Origin: Basidiobolus meristosporus CBS 931.73 | Taxonomy: Eukaryota > Fungi > Basidiobolomycota | Direction: 5' to 3' | Length of the DNA stretch: 64,000 bases | Assembly (NCBI GenBank): GCA_002104905.1 | Contig: MCFE01000038.1 | Span: 124,001 to 188,000, forward strand | Part shown: positions 11,601-24,409 of the stretch, piece by piece | How positions within the stretch are numbered: position 1 is the stretch's first letter | Layout: each line of letters opens with the position of its first letter | Made by a program: the position numbers and the translations under genes | Notes under the pieces: model-generated | The model's database searches: none | Told to the model about the DNA's origin: nothing | The model's input: the letters and a program-made list of their open reading frames with translations, nothing else

Positions 11601-14600
11601 CGGGGCACAAACTCGAAGAACAAATTAACGAAGTCAATCATCGTCTGCTAGGCCTTTCAGATTTCATCAAGAAAACATTTAATGAGCAAACGCAAATACT
11701 ACACACACGTGAAATCGCCTCTTTACTTGGGGATCAAAATCAACGTTTAGCTGGTCTTGGTGTTAAACTTGGTGAACTGGGCAACCAATTTGATAAGATG
11801 ATCAACGGGCAAGAGGTCATTGTAAAGAAACTTGGGCAAGTAGCAATAGATGACACGAAGCGGGACCGAGCTATTGCTGTTGAGCTGGGAACCTTACGAG
11901 AAGTTTTAAGAAAGCTAGTTGATTCCCAGAAGCATCTGTTGGGTCCGGAAGTGGTTCATAAAGTTGGGGAGGGCGTGATTAAATCGATCGAAGGCCTAAA
12001 TGATCGCATGATACAGCTTGGCAAGATGATTGGAAGCATTAGGGAGGAACAGAGTGTAATAGTTAGAACACTTGGAGAAGGCACGAGCTACAAGCAGATG
12101 GAAAATCGATTTGACCAATTGCACAAACAATTTTCTCAAATGGCCAAGTGGATAAGGCAAATTGCGAGTGAGCAAGGCAAGCTGTTGCAACGAGACGAAT
12201 TACTCGACATCCTCAAAGTTCAGACGAACGGTATTCATACGATCCAGTCAAACCTTACCAAGTTTAGAAATGATGTCGGCCGTATTGTGGATTTACAGAA
12301 AACTTTGCTTCATGACACTCAGGCTGCCAGCCAAAACGATGCGGCTAGAGATGCCGAGTTGCTTGACAAAATGAACGAGCTCAGGAAATTGACTGAAGGA
12401 TTGATCAACGCTCAACAAGTGATCCTACACTCTGATTTGTATAAGACTATTTCCAAGGACGTGCTCTCACAGGTACATCAGATTAACGCACGTCTGGAGA
12501 AACTAGAGCCTACTACCTTTGACCTACTCAAGCAACAGAAGCAGCTACTGGAACTGAACTCAGTAGAAAAACACAAATCAAGCCAGATCTTGACTGGTGT
12601 TAAAGGAGTATCTACAGGAGTCACACTGCTACTGAACGAGATCAAACAGATTCATGGAGAACAAAAGAGAATAATCAGCCAGAACACAGAAATCAAGTCG
12701 GTATTGGAGAAGCAATTAGGCTATATCAACAGAATCAATGGTCAACTAGCGAAATTCTCCACGCAAACTCTCAACTTCTTGTCCCAACAAGCCAAATTCC
12801 TTGAAAGACTAATCGCCTCCCAGGAGAATGATAAGAGTGGCATCAAGGAAACCTTGGAACGGGTGAAGCAACTCCAAAATGCAGTTACGAGTGTGGTACA
12901 CTGGCAGCATTCTCTCAATATCCCTGAGATCCTAGGCTCCTTACCCAAGACGCTGAGTAATCACATCCGTGATATTTCTGCCAAGATTATTCGCCTAACT
13001 GACAACGTTGCCAGTCTTAGTCAACAACAAAGCATCATTGCCAAAAAGGAGGATGGAGAGTTCGGATCAATTCGCCAAGGCTTAAACGAATTGAATGGAC
13101 GCATGGACAAATTTGGGGATGCCATTGGCAAAATATCAAGCGCACAGAATAAGTTGATACACGACGACGAGATATTGAAATTGCTCAACAATCAGACGCT
13201 TCAAATTCACGGCCTTGGGGTTAACCTAAACTCCATTCGCGCGGAAATCTCCAAATTGATAAGCGATCAGCAACAATTTTTCGTCCAAGGATCAAAGTTC
13301 TTCCAAGGCGATAAGGCTAATCTAGATAGGATGAACGCAACTATAGCGTATGTTCGCAAAGTAATGGATCAGCTCTTCAAGCAGCAACAATTATTTTCCA
13401 ACAGCCAGCTTCTCAACCAGTTCCCTAAACACATAGTCCACGATGTGGAAACCTTGAATGGTGAGATGCATAAATTACAAGAATTTGTGAAGGAACTACG
13501 AAAATTACAAACAGCCACCTTAGAAAACCAAATTAAGAGCACTAAGACCACACAAGTACTGGTGCAAGATGTGGAAGTGTTATCAGGAAGGTTCAACGGA
13601 TTAAGTGACTACGTGAAAAAGATCCTAGAGCTTCAGCAAACAATACTAAGAAACGAAAAAATCGGGCCGATTTTAGAAAAATTCTACGGAAATTTCCAAC
13701 AAATTGAAGGTCGCCTTGCTCAATTAGACAAACTTGTCCGTCATATCTTGGAAAATCAACAGTCACTGATTAATACCGATCAATTCAAGACATTTGCACG
13801 CAGAAATAGCTTGGATGATAAGAAAATGGTTGAAACGCTCAGCAATCTCCACAACACTATCCGAGTCTTGATTGAGCAACAGAAAGACCTTATCAAGCCA
13901 GAGATGTTAAACTCTGTGACTGGGAATCTTCATCATTCCATTCAATCAGTTGGGGAAGAAATCGCCGGATTAAGCGAGAAGATTAATCAAATTCAAGCTG
14001 AGCAAAGTCAGGTCATAAAAGAACAGCACAATCTAAACCTCAACTTCAATGAAGCCGTCAAGGGATTGAACAAGCAGCTGATTGACCTGAACCAACGTGC
14101 TTCTCGACTGTTTGTGCAGCAAAAAGATATATTACAAAATGAGCAAGTTCTAACGGTCATGGCAGAGAAATTAAATGACTTGGCACCGATCAAGAGCAAC
14201 CTCGCTATGGTGAATGAGAAGCTTAACTCTTTACTGAGCCAGCAGAAGGATATTGCTTTGATAGCCCAAAGATCCGGTGGTGAAGGGCCCAAAGATAACA
14301 AGCAAATCCTGGATCGCTTCACTTCATTTAGTCAAATGGTGCGGCATATGATTACCAAGCAAACTACCCTATTGTCAGAGCAAATCATCGAAAAGGCGCC
14401 CAAGAGGTTACTCGGGCAAATCGTAGCATTAAACAGGCAATTCGATCTTCTCAACCTTGGACTTGGGAAGCTATTTGAGGTTCAAAAAAAGATATTAAAC
14501 CCCGGTTACAGTGATGTTTCGAGCAATCGAATCTTGAGCGGATTGGATCTTCTTTCGCAGCATTACTCGACAATATCAAAAACCGCCAAAAATATCGAAA

Positions 14601-16942
14601 AGACACAGAACAATCTGATGAGTCGTGAAGAATTACTAGCCATTCTCCAAAAACAATCTGGTGCCATTCAAAATGTTCACACGAAGGTTGGGCAACTTGA
14701 CGAGAAAGTTGGGGTCTTAATAGGCCAACAACGAGCTCTTTTGGAGTCTATTTCCCAGAAATTTAAGCCGACAAGTGATTCTCATGAGACGTTTGGTGCG
14801 GTCCTGACCCATCTAGAAGGGTTAGAGAAGGGGATTAAATACATCTCCCAAGAACAGCGTAAACTCTCTCAGCTGAATACAGACCAAAGAAACAAAATGG
14901 ACGATAAAATCCTAAACTCAACCCATTCCTTGGATCAAAGAGTGGCACGATTGGCACAGGTTGTTGGTCGCCTATTTGAGAATCAAAGAGCCCTTATTAT
15001 TGCCGAAAAAGACACCAAAACGCCCAAGGGAATATTTGCCGCGGTAGAGAAGTTAAATGCCAATTTGGTACATTTGGATGGTGCAGTTCAATTTCTGGTC
15101 AAGGATGTTCAAAAAGTAGATGCCAGAATTTCTGCCTTATTGCAGCTACCACAAGATATGGAGAATGTTAAAAGCAGGCTAGCACACCTTACTGGTGCAA
15201 CCAAGAGACTAGTTGATCAGCATACTCAGCTGTTTGGCTTCACCAAAGAAGGTATTGACACACTGACGAAGCAGCAAAGGGTTATGGCAAGCAATGTGAA
15301 CAGTAGACTATCGGAAATTACGAAGCTTGTTGATCAGCTTATTCAACAACAAAAACAGATTATGTCGGCAGAACCAAAGAACTCTCCCAAGCATTCGAAG
15401 GCGGTCGCCACTTTGATATCCAAGATATTTAAAATAGAACAAGTGATCGAGTTTCTACTGAACGAGCAGAGAAAGATGTACCAGGCGGATCGCAACGAAC
15501 AAAAGGAGCAATTCAATAATCTAGATCGAAAACTGAATTTATTTGGAGAAGCGTTGAAACAGTTTGTTAATCAACAGCATTCTGTAATGAAAATACTTGG
15601 TGTAGTGGAACGACAAACTGCTGTTGTCAACGATATGAGCAATAAGCTCGGAAATCTCAATAGCATTGTCAGCACACTTGTATCACAACAACAGCAACTC
15701 CTTGTCTATACGAAAGAACATGCTCAGACAGAGAATCCACAGATCGATGGACGCTTAACAGAGCTGAGAGAGACTGTTTCGAAAATTCTTCAACAGCACA
15801 AGATTCTACTTGAACGCGGGTTACAAGAGCTGAGCTCAGGAAGAGATAGGAAACATCGTGAGATCACCGCTCAATTCGACAATCGTTTAAGCCAAGTGGC
15901 TTCTTTGGTTCAGCAACTTGTCCATGAACAAGAAACCGTCTTATCGCAGACCAAGCACCAAAACCAAGATAACCCAAGGATTGTATCGGCCGTCTCTCGT
16001 ATCTCAGGACATATTAATGAGCTTGCTAAGCTGATGACAAGCTTAAATAATGAACAATCCACATTAATTGAGCGTGGCTTTACACACCTTTCCCAGCAGA
16101 ATAATCAGGAATTTAGGCACGTGGATGAAAGGTTGGACCAGATTGGCTCCGCCCTTAAACGACTTGCTGGAGATGAGACTAGCTCGCTTATCAATCGATT
16201 CGAAAATGCCTCACGACAGCAATCACAAGAGAACAAAGCAATGAAATCCCAACTCTACCAAATTACTAGGGTTCTAGAAAGAATCGTCTCCAAGACAGAT
16301 CTGATTTCCCCGGATAATACAGGAGATATTACGGATGTAAGACGCCGTCTAGACTATCTCAATCAAGTTCTGACCAGACTCACGGAAATTCACAACGACC
16401 GAAAACACCTGGCATTAACCGAAGATCAATACCAGAAGGTGAGCTACTTGATGAATATGATCCCTGCCTTAAATGAATCTATCAAACGATTTGACTTGTC
16501 TGGATCCATCCATTCGCCGGAAAGCTTGAAACAACTATCAATAATCAGGGAATCTATTGAGGAGTGTAATAGAGCTATCATTGGTCTTCAAAAGGTTTTG
16601 AATTTGAGTGGTCCTGCAGTAGCATCATTTGTATCGCCTGAAATCAGTACACCCGATGCTGCCGTAAGAGCAGCCAATTCTAGAAGCGATGATCCACAAC
16701 CACCAGTACTAATAAGTCGAGTCGAACTCGCGAACCCTGGACTGGCACCTTACAGGATATTGTCTAACAATGACGACTCTAACGGAGATAAGAGCACCAC
16801 AAATAATGTCTCTGACGGAGAAGTTGTTGAGGAAGACCCTGCCAAGAGTCTTTATGACAATCACTATTTCAACAATGGATACTGGTACCCTAGAAATGAA
16901 GTCTTCAACGAGGTAATTGGCGGTGGTGAACGTTTACTCTAA
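8699..16942 (+). CDS. Giant helical-repeat protein B (about 2727 aa; exons 8699-9116 and 9177-16942)
   Basis: Track ORFs 8699-9136 and 9419-16942 share a frame. A GTAAGT donor at 9117, CTAAT branch and TTTAG acceptor at 9176 define a 60-nt intron whose removal deletes the stops and opens the frame through to 9419. Start context CACC-ATG; AATAAA at 17008. Contains IVLFPDNKLR, as in paralog A. Confidence 0.92.
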
Positions 16943-17374
16943 TGTATGAAACCTAGATCATTTGGTACCTCATTTATAATGCAACGCGAAGTAAACAATT
17001 CAGAATGAATAAAAGAGTTGTTCTGCAAAGAAAAAGAACTTTAAGGAGCAACTCAAGCTATTGGCTATTGAATATCGGCAAGATAATGCGATCTTCAGCA
17101 TACCATCACAAATGTGATTCAAATCAAATCATCATGACTTTGCCCCTGATGTTCCAGATGAATTTCACATAAGCTTCGATTTGACTCACAATCGATCACC
17201 ACGCAGAGGTACAAACAAATATAGAACTGCATGCATTGTAAGTGATAATCCAGCAACCGTAGGCTTAAATATATGAGATGGATTTATTGTATATTGTCTA
17301 ATGCTAACTAGTATGTTACATGGAGTGGCTATTTATACATTAATTGTTGACGTGATGCTGTCTATGATTATGGA

Positions 17375-18538
17375 TTAACGAGAACATTGAACATCGTACT
17401 TGACCGGGTACGTTATCATCTCCTGGGCTGGATAGGGTGGGGGATTGTTGTTATTAGTCACCACTGCGTACTCGTAGCATGGCGGATAGTACGAGGGCAA
17501 GTCTTGGAAAAACTCGTCATGTGCAGCTGGGAGGATGCATATGGGCAAGTCGAAAATGAGAAAGTCTGTGATGCTAGTTCTCTCAATCTCAACTTTAACC
17601 TGAAGAGTATGGCGAATGCGAATCAGCTCCGAATGATAGTCTATGTGTACAGACTTCGAATTTGTGGGAATCTGAACATTAATTGTGGTGTCCAGTCTGG
17701 TAGTAGGGGTGAACTTCTCGGAGCAAAGGCGCAGCCAATTGTGGTCCACATTAAATTTGTTGATTTCCGGGATTCGGTTTGTAACGGACTCCTTAAGGAA
17801 ACATACCACCCTTTTGATATGGGCTTGCTCCATCAGCGAAGTTACCTTGATGTTCAGAGGAATCGATTCACCAAAGCCAAAGCACTTCATAGGAACATGT
17901 ACGTCATAGCGGACTTTGTCCTCCCACACATCAGATAAATCAGTGGATTCGTTGATTTCATTACTAGTAGTATATCTCTTGACGACAACCTCCTTCTCAC
18001 AAGTGAGGTTTCTTTGAAGAAAACTCCTCTCCGCAAATGCTTGAAGACAGTACTCGACTTTGCCGCTGTCGATATGAATTGTCTCAGGTAGAGATCCAGG
18101 GAAGGCATATTCAAATATGTAAGCGTATTCACCGGCCGGGAAGAGATGGCCCTCCTTCTTTGGCTCAAGTAGAACCCACTCATGGTCGATCAGCTTTCTT
18201 TTGGCATAGTTGGCAAAAGCCTTGGTCCCATATGCTAAGAACAATCGCGGTTATTATCTATGCATAGTAAGATCCATTTACAAAAACTTACATTCTGTCC
18301 ATGTGGTTTTCGCTCTTCCCTTAAGACACAGTGTCAGGGATCGTAATTTGGTAGGCTCCTTCAAACGCAGTACGACTTTGCCTCTTAGCAAGGCACCAGC
18401 AGATTCGGAAGGAGAACCATTGAAAATCAGTGTATCAGACTCTAATTGAATATCTAGTATGGTAGTTGCATGCATCGTGGGAGAGTGGAGTGTGTTTTCG
18501 CTGTGCGGAAGCAATCTGTATTTATATCCGCTCGACAT
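17375..18538 (-). CDS. Alpha-arrestin (ART/Rod1-like ubiquitin-ligase adaptor), 2 exons
   Basis: Arrestin-N motifs GALLRGKVVLRLKEP, LPAGEY-type FPAGEYAYIFEYAFPGSLPET and KVEYCLQA. C-terminal PY-type motifs LPSY, PPCY and PPPY. Intron 18291-18235 (GTAAGT..TTAG). The start may be the second Met at 18475. Confidence 0.88.
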
Positions 18539-19880
18539 GTCGACTTCCCGGCGAAAATTCTCGATACTATATTTGGAAAAATGATATTTATAAAGTCTCT
18601 ATTATGTTGATTAGCCGAGCTAGACACTTTTTTGTCACCATTGCTCAATGAATTCCACCAAACCAAAAAGCTGGGAGTTTTCATGATGAACTTAAATTAA
18701 ATCTTATTATTTGGAGGGCAAACTCCAAAAGGGTCGATTCCAAATATGTAACATACACTCTAGTAACGAAACTCGCCCCAAAGTTTGATACATCTAATTA
18801 TGTAATGCCAGTCCTGACCATGTGTGAACTGTATTCGCTATCAGGGTAGCCAAATAATACAGCTTCCTCGAATCAAAGATGTCATGCAAATACAAAAGTA
18901 GGGATTGGCTGGTGAGAAAAAAGGCTTTGATGAGCCAATAATCAATGCATACTAGGCTCCGGCCCAATCGCTCTAAGCCCTAGCATCAGGCATTATGATT
19001 TATCCGAAGGACGCTCAGATTCGATAATTGGTGCTAGTATGATACTGTCAGAAAACCAAGTTACAGGCCACGTTGATTCCATGCCGTAGAAGTATCACTC
19101 GGTATATGCAACTAACTGCAATGCGTATTTTCATAGAAGCCATGCGTGCCTTGGGACAGCTTAGAAGATACGGAGGTGTACCAAGCAATCGAAAACGCCA
19201 CTTTCATCCCCGCATACAACTGTGCAAAAGTAGGGTATGCACCCTAGGCTTGCGGTTCTCGACTGCTTACTGAACCACGATTCTAGACGTGATTTTTCCA
19301 AGCGGCTAAATTCATGATGAATGGACTAACATCTATATATGGTGTAGACCATGAACGACATCCGAAAATCACAATCGAGCACTTTGCAATTGTGTCGAAC
19401 AAATTGAACACCATCCATTGACGAGACACAGAATTTCAATATTAATAAGATACATGAGTTGGCTCTATCCAGTGCTCTGTTTACATTCTAGGTGATAGGG
19501 ATAGCGTCATCTAGAGGATTTTTCCCACGTATGATAAATTCATCATTGTCAACGGCTGCCGAAAACGTATCTAGATTTCCCCTCAGCGGCTTTGGGCGAT
19601 GTGCCCCAAATATGGATATAATGGAGAGAGTCAAATAAGGTTATAGCAAATTCGACCGGAAGCGTTTCCGACTATTCCTTCTCTACATAGGTGCTCTAAT
19701 GGAATAGTGGCGAAGCAGCTCATGTGAAACATCCAGGCAGTGGTGCCACTTGGGCCATACCCGCAAACATCTTGACGCCCTAAAACAATCGCGGCACTAG
19801 CATACTTTAAGAACGACCGATTTGGTGCTTGGGGTGCACCCTATTTCTGCGAGATTTTCGTGGGAAATTGAAGGACGTGG

Positions 19881-20168
19881 GTGTCATTCTTCGATCCAGT
19901 GACACATTCCGAATTTGGAGAAGTGATGCGTTCGCCACCCCACACTTTGGACTCCGTATTGACGAGTCCTTCGAATAAGCAACAAATATTGCCGAGCAAC
20001 CATCAGCAAATCCGTGAAAAAATGTTGACATCTATCTGCGCGATGATTGAAAGCTTAGAAAATGAAATCCCATACCCTGTTACTTTCTCAGATCATCGCA
20101 TGGACAACCTCTTCAATATGGATCATCTAGATTGCGATGGTGCAAACCTGTATTCTTGGGTATGGTGA
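19881..20168 (+). other. Short protein-like ORF or exon of unknown function
   Basis: 95-codon ORF with a GTG start; the stretch MLTSICAMIESLENEIPYPV looks protein-like. No clear ATG or splice structure found. Confidence 0.2.
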
Positions 20169-21581
20169 GGAGCTATTACTCTGAATGAGTTACCAAGCCT
20201 CACCCTGCCCCATCTATAGATCGATATTAATCTAAGCAACCTGTATTTTGTTAATGGTTGATGTAATTAGTCATAGATTTGGCTCACCTTCAGAATATCC
20301 AAGTTATCATTTGTTGGACTTGAAGCCACACACCCTGATAGTGGTATGCTACCTCTGCATCACCATGACAGAAGGAAAATGGAAGGCAAACCAAAATAGC
20401 TGGCAATGACCCTCACTTGGGAGATTGATGGTCAGCTCATCATTTTTGTATCTTCTACAAATGTATTTCCCCTTAACCAATATCAGAGAATAGACTGCCA
20501 ACATTTGAATAGCCCCATTGGCACCTGTGGATACCAATTGTGTATCTGTATTGTAAAATGCATCCTGGGCAATGCACTAAGTCAGTTGGATATTGACACT
20601 AACATCTTTAGAAATTGTGTATACAGACCAAACTCTGAATTTTAAGGCACATCATCACAAGTTATCAGCTACTTGCGTGATTGCTATACAATAACCATCT
20701 TGTAAAGTATATTGATTTCAAGCCAATTTTTACTAGCAAACGTCCTTTTTATCCATAGTATGTCTTTATAATATGTATCTAAGCATGAAATCAAAGTAGA
20801 TGTATTTCTTGAAATAATCCTCAGGCTTGGCTCGTAGACAGTATTTGACATATCTTGGTGCTAAGTATGTGATTAGTACCAGTATTATATTTCATATAAG
20901 CTAATACGATCAAATATCCAACTGTGTGCTCAGAAAATTCTCTACTTATCACCAGTTGCCCAGTTAGTACTTGGTACTCGCCAGATAAGAACATATTAAT
21001 TTACTCATCCAAGGAGTTGCTTTTATTGGTTTTTAGTCATATACCAGTAACAGATTGTCAGACATAGATTTTTTTTCCAAGATTTTCATTGGTGCATCAT
21101 CGGGCTTCTTCGAGCATCATGGTAGATAGAGGTACGTTTTTGGGGCTTGAATGATTGGACAGGATTTGGTCAGGAAACATGCGTACCACTTCAGCAAGGC
21201 AAAATTAAGGGATCCATTCAAAAGGCGCGAATGTTGGGATATTCAAGCATGAAACAACATCACCAATGATCCAATGATAAGAAACGAAAATCTATTGAAC
21301 CACCATAGTATCGGTACATAGGCACAAAGTGTATGAATAAATGCGTTGCATAGGTAGCGTGTTTCATCCCAGAAACATCGTGAGATTTTTGGACTCCACA
21401 ACTTTTCTAATCAACAATCATATAATTTTCTATTCATAGCATGTTTCTTAACTAACTTAAGGTATGAGGCACTGGTGTATTAAAAGGATTTGTGTATCAT
21501 TGCTTTCATAGCTTTTATCATTATAATCATAATTTCCTTGCTCTCTTCCCTCTCTCGAGATATTCCTCTATTACTGTCAAA

Positions 21582-23426
21582 ATGGGTATACTTGAATCTG
21601 TCTTCCACCCTTCCGAGTTGGTCTCTATTGTGAGGTTCTTTTCTCATGCAACCCGTAAGCCACAGCAATTCCCTCGGCCTACGTTGTTTACCTGCTACGA
21701 TTTCTTGGACCAAACCTCCAGATCGTTTGCCAGCGTTATTAAGGAGCTGGATGACGAGCTTCGTGACGCTGTAAGTATTAGTTTCAAACCTGGCTGAGTG
21801 CCTCTTGTTAATCTTGTATTATGTTTCTTATAGGTTTGCATCTTCTATTTGGTACTTCGTGGTCTTGATACTGTTGGTATGCAGCCTTTTTAAACACCAG
21901 TAGCTATTTAACGAATGCTAACCCTGTGCTTATAGAGGATGATATGTCCATTCCCAACGAGAAGAAGCTTCCATTATTGAGAGCTTTTCATGATATGATC
22001 TACGTGCGTGGTTGGAATTTCACCGAAAGTACGGATATTTTGCAATTTAGCATCCGGGCATTTTAGTAACATTCTGCATCACTTATAGATGGAGAGGACG
22101 AGAAAGACCGCCTGTTGTTGGTCCAGTTTGACACAGTTATCGAAGAATTCTTGTTACTAAAAGAAGAGTAAGTCAGCCATATATTACAGTGACCTAGATA
22201 TACGGCATGCTAATGATATTTGTGTTTCTGAAGGTACCAGCTTGTCATTGCAGATATCACCCGGAGAATGGGTGCTGGCATGGCTGATTTCTGTGACAAG
22301 CGTGTCTCAACAAAGGACGACTATAACCTTTATTGTCATTATGTTGCTGGGTTGGTAGGCGTAGGCTTAAGCAAGCTATTCGCTGCTTCCGGTCTCGAAG
22401 GTAAGTTTGATCCCTGAAGTGGCAAACTTATTAGAAGCTGATGTGAATTGCAATCATTTAGATGAAAGCTTTGCCAACATGGACGAATTGTAAGTAAATG
22501 TGTGTAGTTGCTATGGAGTTCCGAGCTAACCGTATTCCACATTGTTAGGTCGAACTCAATGGGTCTATTCCTTCAGAAAACCAACATCATCCGTGATTTC
22601 TACGAGGATTTGCTAGACGGAAGAACTTTCTGGCCACGCGATATCTATGGTCATTACGTCAAGGACCTTGGCGACCTCATTAAGCCCGAGAACAAAGAGA
22701 AGGTAGAGTTGCATTTTGTGGAATATGACAAATACAACAATGCTAATCTAATCCTCATAGGCATTGGCTTGCCTGAACCATATGTGCTTGGATGCCCTTT
22801 CTCATGTTAATGATTCTTTGGATTACATGTCCCGGATTCGTAATCAAACCATCTTCAATTTCTGTGCTATCCCTCAGGTAGGTTGATTATCACTGTATTT
22901 TTTAGCTTAGACATAGCTGATTAATTGTGATTTTAGGTGATGGCTGTTGCTACGATTGCTGAAGTCTTCAATAACTACAACGTCTTCAGCACGAATGTCA
23001 AGATCAGAAAGGGCTTGGCTATCAGAGTAAGCTTGGCGCATATTCAAATGATAGGTGTCTCCAATATACTAAACATTACATATTCACAGTTAATATACGA
23101 AGCCACCAGTGTTGAAAGCATTCGCAGTATTTTCCTTGAATTTATGTACAAGTTTGTTCTAAAGAACAACCCTAACGACCCCAACTATATCAAGATCAGC
23201 CAAACTTATGGAAAGGTAGTGCCCAAGAGTAATAGCTTCATAACAATCTTTTGTAGACTAATGGTTGACTTATAACCAGGTGTTGCAATACTGTGAAACC
23301 AACCCCAAGTTGAAGGCAGCTGCCAAGAAGACCGACTCTTCCGGGCTTTATCTTCAATATGCACTAGTTATCATTCTTCTTGCCATCATTTATCAATACC
23401 GTCAAACTCAAGAGGAGAGTTCCTAA
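21582..23426 (+). CDS. ERG9: Squalene synthase (farnesyl-diphosphate farnesyltransferase), 11 exons
   Basis: The spliced product contains [59 protein letters not shown] and VKIRKG, plus a C-terminal membrane anchor. Ten GT-AG introns traced; stop TAA at 23424-23426. Confidence 0.97.
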
Positions 23427-24409
23427 TAACGAGTACTGGCGAGCAACTTCCAAATATCCGCCTGATCTACTCGACCATCTTGAATACTTCTACACACAAT
23501 CTACTTTTAGATTTAGATCACGTTTGGTATAGATAACACTAGGTTTAATAGTTTTAAAAGCCGAAAACCAACGGTTTATCTTGGAACTATCCTTCATATC
23601 TCTTTTCCTTGAAGCCTATGGCATTCATTATATCGCTAATTATAAATATCGCCTAGTTTTCAAGGCAACTTCGAGTTATGATACTTAAAAGCTGGGGAGA
23701 GCCAACTTAGTGTTAGCCGCAATATAACTGGCCTGTTTGTCGACACGAGATCAAACGCATAAGTATTAGGTATTAGATTACCTTTTAATAGTCAGCCATG
23801 GTGAAATTTGGTACTGATTGCACCTATTTAGTTGGCGGAAGTGGGAAAATTTCAAACCAGATTTGTAATATAGTATTTATCTAATTTTGTACTGATTTCC
23901 GGACCTCTTGGAACAACAAATTGCCAATGATATACATATCCCATTATCAGTAATTCCAGATAAGCACAATGTGATTTCAGCAACTAATGGTATAGGCTCC
24001 TCGATGAGGACTGTATTACTTGCCAAGGTTTCCGGTTCAGAGGTGAAGAAACGAGGTAAATTAAGGTTGTACTTTCCAGTTTCAGACAGGGTATTCTGCA
24101 ATGGCCGGTCTAGAAGAGCCAGATGAGCGATTTTAATACCTCACAATGGCTGATACTATTGCCGAAGATCACAAATGAATCACTGAGATTTATGTGCACT
24201 GCATCGTCGGGGCCAAATGCATGGATGCTGGAATAGTACAGAGCCCTTGGTCCTTCATTTTTTAAAAAATACTCTAATTTCTCAGCAAATCATGAATTTC
24301 CAGCTGTAAAGCATCTAATGTATTGTTTTATAGCTTATTAATGTGGAACCTAAGTATTCGCAACTTGGTTTATCCTAGAATCCTGCTATTCATATGTGAA
24401 TGTTGAAAC

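Noticed and set aside
9419-16942. Myosin, SMC or methyl-accepting chemotaxis protein label for the giant proteins
   Set aside because: No Walker motifs, motor head, hinge, transmembrane helices or MCP hairpin signature. Any such hit would reflect generic heptad composition.
17387-17938. 183-aa plus-strand ORF
   Set aside because: Antisense to the arrestin exon; no independent motif.
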